From Nitrospinaceae bacterium (GTDB lineage: Bacteria > Nitrospinota > Nitrospinia > Nitrospinales > VA-1): DNA of 37,857 nucleotides. The stretch spans positions 1 through 37,857 of the forward strand of contig JAJDAW010000070.1 of the NCBI GenBank assembly GCA_029261635.1. The letters are read 5' to 3'. Positions 1-7,162 of the stretch are shown here, piece after piece. Both the position numbers and the translations under genes were made by a program. A model generated the notes under the pieces. That model worked only from the letters and a program-made list of their open reading frames with translations. It was not told the origin of the DNA and ran no database searches. The stretch's first letter is position 1; every line of letters begins with the position of its first letter.

Positions 1-79
1 GTGGCCTGTATGAGATTCGACTAAACCTGACCCCACTAGAGGATCCCGGCATTGATTGCATATAGCGGGGACCCCAGGG
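1..79 (-). ncRNA. Candidate structured ncRNA truncated by the window edge (6S RNA-like, uncertain)
   Basis: GC-rich non-coding stretch directly downstream of an extended -10 TGATATAGT (88-80, minus strand). Resemblance to 6S RNA arms is from recall only; strand is not certain. Confidence 0.25.
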
Positions 80-155
80 ACTATATCAGCTAAAAGGTTT
101 TCAATTCCGCAAGCTGCGCACTCAATCAATAAAGATTTTTCAACAGGCATGGAAT

Positions 156-524
156 TTAGGAATCTGAGCCTTCTGGAAATATTTTGGACATATCGCCCAT
201 TTTCTCCATAGCTTCTTCTTTAGACATTTTGGTGATATCGATACCCATTTCGGCGAGAGCACCGGAGAATGGACATTTGCTGGCACCACTTTTTGGTTCT
301 TCTCCTTCAGCCTGTGCAGCGGGCTTTTCCGTCTCAATTTCACCGGCTTCTGCCATGATGATCCAATGCATTGATTCGATCGTCTGCTGTTTTTCAGTGG
401 TTAGCTTTTGCAAGGTTTCCTTGGTTTCCGGATGGGTTACCATTGCAGCGGCTTCCTGATATTTTTCTAAGGCTTTCTTTTCAAATTCAACAGCTTCTTT
501 CAATGCTGCGGCAGAGTTGGACAT
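156..524 (-). CDS. Half ferritin/rubrerythrin-like protein with acidic C-terminal tail
   Basis: Start re-called to ATG at 524 with AGGAG upstream. ALKEAVEFEKKALEKY...HPETKETLQKLTTEKQQ resembles the first rubrerythrin helix pair. Confidence 0.6.
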   Translation of the reverse strand: MSNSAAALKEAVEFEKKALEKYQEAAAMVTHPETKETLQKLTTEKQQTIESMHWIIMAEAGEIETEKPAAQAEGEEPKSGASKCPFSGALAEMGIDITKMSKEEAMEKMGDMSKIFPEGSDS

Positions 525-678
525 TGTCACGTCTCCTGACAAATAAGGGTAATTAAATTCATTCTGGAATAGTAAAATATACCAAATACGGCATCCAAAT
601 AGCAAGTCGACCTTTTATAGTTTACCTATACAAGAAAGATTGATCGAAAAAAAGAATATATCTTTGGGGCAATAGGTT

Positions 679-1356
679 CTAGTACATTAGCTGTTGGTAA
701 TCTTTCAGCCGTTTCCCTTTTTCATCTCGAAAACAGTTCTCTGTAATTTTCATTTTATGCATTCTGTCTAAACGAAAATTTCTAAAGTCGTTGCGCATTT
801 CGCACCACCCTAGTAGCAGCCAGACGGGGCCAAAAAATGCGAGGCATAAGGGACGCACTTGTCTATTGGATTGTTTACCATCTTCTCTTTTATAGCTGAA
901 TTCTACGAAATTCTTGCTCCGGATGGCTCGGCGAAGTCCTGTAAAGTCTATTGTGACCAGGGGTTTTGCCTGTGACGGCAAGGAGAATAAAAAGGTCTTG
1001 GCAATTTCTCCCTGCAAACTTTCTGGGAGTACGCTGGTAATTTTGTCTATGGCTTGATGGGCAGCTTGACTGAGCCCTTTATCTCCCCAGCTTTCGACCA
1101 TTTGTGCACCCAGCATTAACGCGTCTAATTCTTCGATATCAAACATCAATGGGCGAACTATATAGTCTCTGTCCAGCATATAGCCCACTCCTGCTTCTCC
1201 AATGATCGGGACGCCTGATGCCCCTAAATCAGCGATATCACGATAAACGGTGCGAGTGCTGACTTCCAGTGTATCTGCAAGCGATTGCGCTGTGACCACG
1301 CTTCTTCTTGCTTTAAGGTGTTCAACGATACGAAATAGTCGGTCTGCTCTGCGCAT
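679..1356 (-). CDS. YafY-family HTH-WYL transcriptional regulator
   Basis: MRRADRLF..., VSTRTVYRDI..L...GVPI.GEAGVGY HTH; WYL-like WLLLGWCEMRNDFRNFRLDR. AGGAG RBS upstream. Confidence 0.93.
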   Translation of the reverse strand: MRRADRLFRIVEHLKARRSVVTAQSLADTLEVSTRTVYRDIADLGASGVPIIGEAGVGYMLDRDYIVRPLMFDIEELDALMLGAQMVESWGDKGLSQAAHQAIDKITSVLPESLQGEIAKTFLFSLPSQAKPLVTIDFTGLRRAIRSKNFVEFSYKREDGKQSNRQVRPLCLAFFGPVWLLLGWCEMRNDFRNFRLDRMHKMKITENCFRDEKGKRLKDYQQLMY

Positions 1357-1377
1357 CCCATCTCCTTTTTTGTTTTA

Positions 1378-1406
1378 ATTATACAATGCTGCCACACTAC
1401 TGACAA
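1378..1406 (-). promoter_or_regulatory. Sigma70 promoter of the WYL regulator
   Basis: TTGTCA (1406-1401), 17 nt spacer, TATAAT (1383-1378) on the minus strand. Confidence 0.7.
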
Positions 1407-1423
1407 TATGCTGTCAGCAGTGT
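1394..1423. promoter_or_regulatory. Palindromic operator, probable WYL-regulator binding site
   Basis: ACACT-a-CTGACA-N6-TGTCAG-c-AGTGT between the divergent genes. Confidence 0.75.
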
Positions 1424-1485
1424 TGCTCATAATGTTGAGATAGTCCGCAATCAAAGCGGAAATAACTTAACTTTGGAGAACTTTT

Positions 1486-1947
1486 ATGGGTACGATTCCT
1501 GATGGATTCACTTCTGTAACACCATTTATCACTTTTGATGACACCACAAAGGCTGTTGAGTTTTATAAAAAAGCTTTGGGTGCAGTAGAAAAGTTGACCT
1601 TTCCAGCCCCCGATGGAACATTGATGTATGCTGAAATCCAGATAGGAACAGCTCGATTAATGATGGGTATGCCTTGTCCTGAAACGGGAACAGAATCTAC
1701 AAAGCTTGCTAAAGATTTAAGGGGTTCCTCGGTTTCTTTTTATGTTTATGTGGAGAATGTGGAAGCCGCAATTGAGAAAGCAAAAGATGCAGGTATGAAC
1801 GAGAAAAAAGGAATTGTAGATATGTTTTGGGGTGATCGCATGGGCACGCTTACCGATCCATTTGATATTGAATGGACGATAGCTCAGCATATACGCGATG
1901 TTTCACCTGAAGATATGCAAGAAGCTATGAAAACAATGTGTGCTTAA
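1486..1947 (+). CDS. VOC/glyoxalase family protein (PhnB-like)
   Basis: IPDGFTSVTPFI...AVEFYKKALGA...DMFWGDRMGTLTDPFDIEW. GGAG RBS upstream. Confidence 0.9.
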   Translation: MGTIPDGFTSVTPFITFDDTTKAVEFYKKALGAVEKLTFPAPDGTLMYAEIQIGTARLMMGMPCPETGTESTKLAKDLRGSSVSFYVYVENVEAAIEKAKDAGMNEKKGIVDMFWGDRMGTLTDPFDIEWTIAQHIRDVSPEDMQEAMKTMCA

Positions 1948-1953
1948 ATACTA

Positions 1954-1986
1954 CGAAGGCAGGCGGGTTTATCCCGCTTGCTTTCG
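1954..1986 (+). terminator. 14-bp stem-loop between the VOC genes (no U-tract)
   Basis: CGAAGGCAGGCGGG-tttat-CCCGCTTGCTTTCG with two G-U pairs on the + strand. Confidence 0.45.
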
Positions 1987-2009
1987 CAATATTAAAAGGA
2001 GGAATTTTT

Positions 2010-2360
2010 ATGGGAAACATAAATAACAGCATCAACTATATCGAGCTCCCTATGGTAAAAAATGCCGAGACTAAAAAATTCTACCAGCAGGCGTTTGAAT
2101 GGGAGTTTGCAGATTGGGGGCCGGACTACATTAGTTTTTCCGGGGCAAATATTGATGGCGGGTTCAATGGTATGGGAGATGCGCAAATATCTAATCCCGG
2201 TATCCTTGTTGTTCTTTATGCAAGCGACCTTGGTAAAAAACTGAAAGAGGTGATTCAGGCAGGAGGAGAGATTTTAAAGTCAATTTATGAATTTCCCGGC
2301 GGGAAAAGATTTCACTTTCTCGATCCTAATGGGAATGAGTTGGCAGTATGGTCAGAATAA
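2010..2360 (+). CDS. VOC/glyoxalase/bleomycin-resistance family protein
   Basis: Start re-called to 2010 after AAGGAGG. INYIELP...KKFYQQAFEW.F.DWGPDY...FPGGKRFHFLDPNGNELAVWSE. Confidence 0.9.
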   Translation: MGNINNSINYIELPMVKNAETKKFYQQAFEWEFADWGPDYISFSGANIDGGFNGMGDAQISNPGILVVLYASDLGKKLKEVIQAGGEILKSIYEFPGGKRFHFLDPNGNELAVWSE

Positions 2361-2379
2361 ATTTCAGAGGAAATGGTAA

Positions 2380-2949
2380 ATGAAAAAACGATGCGCATGG
2401 GTGGGGCATAATTCCAAACCCCTGGATATTGAGTACCATGATGAAGAGTGGGGTGTTCCCGTTCACGATGATAAAACATTGTTCGAGTTTCTTATTTTAG
2501 AGGGTGCGCAGGCAGGGCTTAGCTGGACTACGATTCTAAATAAGCGCGAGAACTACCGCAAAGCCTATAATAAATTCGATCCCAAAAAAGTGGCAAAGTT
2601 CGACGATGCCAAACAACAGAAACTCCTGCAAGACCGGGGAATTGTGCGTAATAGATTGAAGGTGGCCGCTTCGGTCACCAATGCCAGAGTGTTTTTAGAA
2701 GTGCAGAAGGAATTTGGCAGCTTCGATAAATATATCTGGGGCTTTATAGGAGGTAAGCCTCGAAAAAATAAATGGAAATCGATGGATCAAATTCCAGCGA
2801 CTACAAAAGAATCAGATTTCATGAGCAAAGATTTAAAAAAACGCGGATTCAAATTTGTCGGTTCCACCATCTGCTACGCCTTCATGCAAGCCACGGGTAT
2901 GGTGAACGACCACACAACAGATTGTTTTAGATACAAGGCTAAGCCTTGA
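2380..2949 (+). CDS. tag: DNA-3-methyladenine glycosylase I
   Basis: RCAW...YHDEEWG, LFEFLILEGAQAGLSW, FKFVGSTICYAFMQATGMVNDH...C. Confidence 0.96.
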   Translation: MKKRCAWVGHNSKPLDIEYHDEEWGVPVHDDKTLFEFLILEGAQAGLSWTTILNKRENYRKAYNKFDPKKVAKFDDAKQQKLLQDRGIVRNRLKVAASVTNARVFLEVQKEFGSFDKYIWGFIGGKPRKNKWKSMDQIPATTKESDFMSKDLKKRGFKFVGSTICYAFMQATGMVNDHTTDCFRYKAKP

Positions 2950-3051
2950 GGAGGGATATGCAATCAAAAGTTCATCCATTTTCAAGCAATGTGTTGTATT
3001 AGGGAAACCACAACTTGAAGTCAAGAATGGACTGATATATTTATAAAACTA

Positions 3052-3492
3052 TTATGGTTTTGCAAAGCTAGTCACCCCATCGTGCCTTATCGATAATATC
3101 CAAGAAAACGTTTCATCAAAAATGTCTATATCATCTGCGCTGGGATACCAAATGTCATTAAAGTGTTTTTCAAGATCATTCACCTTGAATCTATCTACAT
3201 CATCATATCTATACCAATTTAAATAAACACAGCTATTTGGCTGAATATTATGATCGCGCAATAAATCTAGCAAACTAAAGCTATCATCTGATGAACTAAC
3301 ACCATCAACAATCAATGCAATTGTGTTTATTTTTTCAACTAATTTTAATAAGTCGTTGTTTTGATTTAATAGAAATTTTTCAAATAAATTCTTTTGTAGA
3401 TCAGATAAGTCTGCTTTTTTAAGCGAATAATACTCAGGGAAAACTTTATCAGGGTATTCGTTTTTAAAATGCATAATTTTAAATTCTTGCAT
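3052..3492 (-). CDS. Hypothetical protein (AT-rich, possibly immunity-like)
   Basis: 146 aa ORF with RBS; C-terminal DIWYPSADDIDIFD..FSWILSIRHDG looks like a conserved motif. Confidence 0.6.
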   Translation of the reverse strand: MQEFKIMHFKNEYPDKVFPEYYSLKKADLSDLQKNLFEKFLLNQNNDLLKLVEKINTIALIVDGVSSSDDSFSLLDLLRDHNIQPNSCVYLNWYRYDDVDRFKVNDLEKHFNDIWYPSADDIDIFDETFSWILSIRHDGVTSFAKP

Positions 3493-3522
3493 TAACTTGA
3501 CCCCTTAACTTAATAGGGAAAT

Positions 3523-3999
3523 TTATTTACTGCAATATAAGCTCAAGGCAAACCATTTGCTTTCACTTGTTCTTAAAGTGGATTTAAAAATCGAAGGAAT
3601 CTCTAAACCACGTTCACAGTCAAAAAGAATATGGGTAGATTGGCTATAATCTATTCCATTCCTTCTAACATCCAGACTAGAAATACATTTATTGCTGGAA
3701 GTTTTTTTATCTCTCTCGCTTATTACTGTTGCCTGCCATTTATCACTTGATGAATTAAATGAAAAACTAGAATGCCCTTCTAGCCAATTTTTCTCACTGC
3801 CGTTAGGCTCTACTTTTTTAAGTTGGTAAATTTCTAATGGTTTGATTTTTTTGTTCTCGACTTCGATCACACATTTCCCCCAAGGCTCTTCTTTATTTTT
3901 TTGAGCAACTTGATATTCGAGCGACGCGCAATTGTTTAGGATTGCAGCAGAAGCTAGTAGCAGGAAAAAGTATAAAAATTGTATTCTCCAAAATGCCAT
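3523..3999 (-). CDS. Hypothetical lipoprotein/exported protein
   Basis: Start re-called to 3999 with GGAG upstream. Hydrophobic N-terminus ending in LNNC. Confidence 0.55.
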   Translation of the reverse strand: MAFWRIQFLYFFLLLASAAILNNCASLEYQVAQKNKEEPWGKCVIEVENKKIKPLEIYQLKKVEPNGSEKNWLEGHSSFSFNSSSDKWQATVISERDKKTSSNKCISSLDVRRNGIDYSQSTHILFDCERGLEIPSIFKSTLRTSESKWFALSLYCSK

Positions 4000-4009
4000 T
4001 TTGACTCCA

Positions 4010-4411
4010 CTAATGATCTCCGCTATTGCCGTCATAACCGCTTATTGAAGAGCCCCCATCGTCGGGGTTGCTACCAAAACTACCACCGCTCACCTCATTT
4101 GTCAGAAGAAGCATTTCATTTGCGGTGAAATTGGTATCTCCGCCAAAAAATTTATCGCCTACTTCTTGTTTTAAACTTTTAAAATCAAATTCGCCTTCAA
4201 TTTCTTTGGGATTTTGATAGAGGGATTGTTTTTCAATGAACATGGCATAGGCATATCCAATGTAATAATCATTGATTCCATAAATGCTAATGGTCTTTTT
4301 TATTTGTTTTGGCGTGTAGGATTTCAGTTTGCCATATCTTGCTTTTAAAAGTGGCCCCAGTTTATTGATATAGGATTTTAAGGCGACGTATTTTTTAATT
4401 CGTTCGAACAT
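4010..4411 (-). CDS. Hypothetical protein (DUF6559-like)
   Basis: KSYINKLGPLLKARYGKLKSYTPKQIKKT...YAYAMF and a Gly-rich tail resemble DUF6559 (from recall). Confidence 0.55.
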   Translation of the reverse strand: MFERIKKYVALKSYINKLGPLLKARYGKLKSYTPKQIKKTISIYGINDYYIGYAYAMFIEKQSLYQNPKEIEGEFDFKSLKQEVGDKFFGGDTNFTANEMLLLTNEVSGGSFGSNPDDGGSSISGYDGNSGDH

Positions 4412-4539
4412 ATACTTATTCCAAAGAATGATTTTAAAACCATTTTTTTAAATATTGTGTTCTGGAGTTAGAGTGGCAATTTTATGCATCACCTCTTTAC
4501 CTTTACAAGAAAATGCTTGTCTCCCTTTTTTTTAACTGG

Positions 4540-4917
4540 CTATCGGGAAGGCCAAAACTTTGGGATTGATTCCACTGGCAAGTTTTTGTAATAAAACAAA
4601 AAGCTATATTTAATTAGCCAGCTACCTGCAAAACCAATAAAAACAAAAATCATACTTATATTAGGAAAATTTTTTACATATACAATTAAAACCCCATTTC
4701 CTACAGTCATCAAAGACATTAAGCTGCAAACCCAAAAAGCCAACTTGTCCGATTCTTTTATTAATTCATTTTTATCTTTAAAGAATAAGTGATCAGGGTC
4801 GATCGTAAACGAAAAATTTCTCTTGTAACTATTGTGAAATAAACCATATAAAAACATCAGGCCTAATATCAAAAGACCGAACCCCAACGCAAAATTAATT
4901 ATTATTTCTTCCGGCAT
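4540..4917 (-). CDS. Hypothetical membrane protein
   Basis: 125 aa with three hydrophobic segments. Confidence 0.6.
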   Translation of the reverse strand: MPEEIIINFALGFGLLILGLMFLYGLFHNSYKRNFSFTIDPDHLFFKDKNELIKESDKLAFWVCSLMSLMTVGNGVLIVYVKNFPNISMIFVFIGFAGSWLIKYSFLFYYKNLPVESIPKFWPSR

Positions 4918-5015
4918 AAAAAATTAAATTGCCTTTAAAATAGAGAAAACCATTAGATTGTTATTGCTGAAAGAAATTTGCAACATACCGTCAATAGTGA
5001 GCTTGACCTCTTTAT

Positions 5016-6377
5016 TTATAAAATTTGTTTTCCAACGCCGGCTTTATCCAGTAAATTTCTGATTGCATTGTCAGTAGCTAGATCCAGAGCATCTTCCCCG
5101 TGTTCATCCTTGGCATTGATGTTGGCACCATTTTCGATCAACATTTGGACTATTTTTAAATTGCTTCCTTGTACCGCTTGAAGGAGAGGAGTGGACCCAC
5201 ATCCCAGTTCTATATTGACCTCCGCTCCCTTTCGAAGCAGGGCTTCCACCAAACTAGAACTACCATCGCTTGAGGAATTTAAAGGATCAACCGCTAGCCC
5301 TAAAGGTGAAGCCCCACAGTCGATGGCATTCACACCCGCGCCCTTTTTTATCAATTCTAAGGCAATTTTTATTTGTCTCTTTGAAACTGCCTCTAATAAG
5401 GGGGTTTGGCCTGCGATATCGATTGCGTTAACATCTGCTCCGCTACGAATTAACTCTGAAACTATGTCTACTTTTCCCTCTGAAATTCCCATTAATAAAG
5501 GAGTTTGACCTACGATGTCGGTTGCGTTAACGTTTGCCCCATTTCGAATTAATTCTGAAACAATATTGATAGAACCCTTCGACACCGCAATGAACAATGC
5601 CGTCTCGCCAAGTAAGTCTTTTGCGTCCACCTCGGCTCCATCCAACAGTAATTGGCGGACTTCTTGAATGTCCTCCGAAGTAGTCGCTTGCATGAGAGGA
5701 GTTATGCTAAATATTGTGAATAGGCCTACGATTGTGAGCCCAAAAATCAGGATGCTGTATGTCAAGATTCCGAAATCCCCTGCGGACACCGAAGTCTGTA
5801 TTATCCGGTCAGGCTGCTTATCTTGTTCAGTTTTCCAATAAACATTTAGAACTTTCTGTACCTGCCACAAAATATAAGTTTCCCCAAAAACATAAAAGAC
5901 TGTGGACCCTATAAGGATAGATGCCATGGTTGGGTTGGGAACGTTTGAGAACAGGCTGATCAAGAAGGAAGGAATGATAAAAATAGAATAAATCCAAGTC
6001 AATTGGGTTGGTGAAAAAGTTAACGAGCAACCGGCCTCGCTGGCATATTGTTTAATCGTGCGAATTTGAAGAAACCAAAAAAGAAGGAGAATGGCTGTTG
6101 GTAAAAAGACTCCTCCCAGTATTGAGATTATAGTTAAAGGGTTTTCCTTCGCGACAATTAATTCGGTGAATAACAGGGAGACAATTAAAGGCAAAAGGGC
6201 AAAACCTAGAGCCCTCCAGCCTGCTTTTACGTTTAAATTTTTATGGTTTTTAAAATGCTTATAATTTCGATAGAACCAATATGGTGCGTAAAAAGAAAAT
6301 GTCAGTGCTTGCCAGAATATAAGATGCCCCAGAGTTCTAGAGTTACCCGATAAATTCTTATTTTCCTGTGTGATCAT
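5016..6377 (-). CDS. Multi-TM (DUF4234-like) plus ankyrin-repeat protein
   Basis: N-terminal TM region (LTFSFYAPYWFYRN...VQKVLN). C-terminal repeats G.TPL..A...G...IV..LI..GADVNA.D, about 6 copies. Confidence 0.85.
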   Translation of the reverse strand: MITQENKNLSGNSRTLGHLIFWQALTFSFYAPYWFYRNYKHFKNHKNLNVKAGWRALGFALLPLIVSLLFTELIVAKENPLTIISILGGVFLPTAILLLFWFLQIRTIKQYASEAGCSLTFSPTQLTWIYSIFIIPSFLISLFSNVPNPTMASILIGSTVFYVFGETYILWQVQKVLNVYWKTEQDKQPDRIIQTSVSAGDFGILTYSILIFGLTIVGLFTIFSITPLMQATTSEDIQEVRQLLLDGAEVDAKDLLGETALFIAVSKGSINIVSELIRNGANVNATDIVGQTPLLMGISEGKVDIVSELIRSGADVNAIDIAGQTPLLEAVSKRQIKIALELIKKGAGVNAIDCGASPLGLAVDPLNSSSDGSSSLVEALLRKGAEVNIELGCGSTPLLQAVQGSNLKIVQMLIENGANINAKDEHGEDALDLATDNAIRNLLDKAGVGKQIL

Positions 6378-6682
6378 TTCTTGACCTCAATAAACTTAAC
6401 TTAAAAAAGATATTTGTATTCTTTTTGTGGTGTGATGGAGCTCAAATTGCCATTCGCGTCATACGTGAAATTTATTTCGCGCAGGTCTGGCAATATCTGT
6501 TTTGTTACCCGACAAAGAGGGTTTAGTGTATGGGAATCATTTTTATTTCAATCGGGTTTACCGAACCCTATACCTCTATAAATGATGGGTCAAGGGATAG
6601 TTTTCAGATATCCGATAAAACGCGAAATTACATCGGTTTTCAGGTAATATTTTTTGCTGGGAATAGACCACCCCATGCCGCT

Positions 6683-6867
6683 CTTACAGGGGAAGCGGTA
6701 TTTACAAACCTATGGCAAAAGGCTCAATTGCATTTGCTGGCTTTATGGGTACCGACCCATTGGCTCCACGCCGCCCCTTACAGGGGAAGCGGTATTTACA
6801 AACCTATGGTAAAAGGCTCAATCGCATTTACTGGCTTTATGGGTACCGACCCATTGGCCCCACGCCG
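6683..6867. repeat. 94-bp tandem duplication (2 copies)
   Basis: Copies start at 6683 and 6777; 4 mismatches in 91 aligned nt. Confidence 0.95.
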
Positions 6868-6970
6868 AGAGGGTGGGATTTTTATTTGAAAAGGGTTGGA
6901 AAAAGTGTAGACTTCGGCCTTCAATCGTTCCCGATTTCAGAATCTGTAAATTTAAGGCAAGGTGTACATT

Positions 6971-7147
6971 ATGAGCGATGCAGACCAAAAAAAAGATATT
7001 CCTGATGCTCCTGAGCAAAAAGAAGAGCCTGGTCTGATGGAATCGTATGGGTCTTTCCCTGTATGGTCTTTAAAGTTGATTGATGCGTTGACCCCAGAAT
7101 TTCTGATTACCAAGGGACCCGTTGAGAAGAAAAAACTTCCCCAGTAA
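6971..7147 (+). CDS. Small hypothetical protein upstream of purH
   Basis: 58 aa; AAGGT upstream; ends 15 nt before purH. Confidence 0.5.
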   Translation: MSDADQKKDIPDAPEQKEEPGLMESYGSFPVWSLKLIDALTPEFLITKGPVEKKKLPQ

Positions 7148-7162
7148 CAACTTCCAAATAAA

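Noticed and set aside
3052-6377. Integron cassette array
   Set aside because: No RYYYAAC...GTTRRRY attC palindromes were seen, several intergenic gaps are too short, and no intI is present.
6431-6446. CRP/FNR-like box TGTGA-N6-TCAAA
   Set aside because: Single imperfect match with no suitably placed -10 identified.
6661-6876. ZTP (pfl) riboswitch upstream of purH
   Set aside because: ACAGGGGAAGCG is superficially similar, but the GACUG and CGCCUGGG pseudoknot elements are absent and a small ORF intervenes.
6530-7018. ORFs 6530-6889, 6712-7005 and 6818-7018
   Set aside because: These are translations of the tandem repeat in shifting frames (the 94-nt period is not a multiple of 3) and show no protein-like features.
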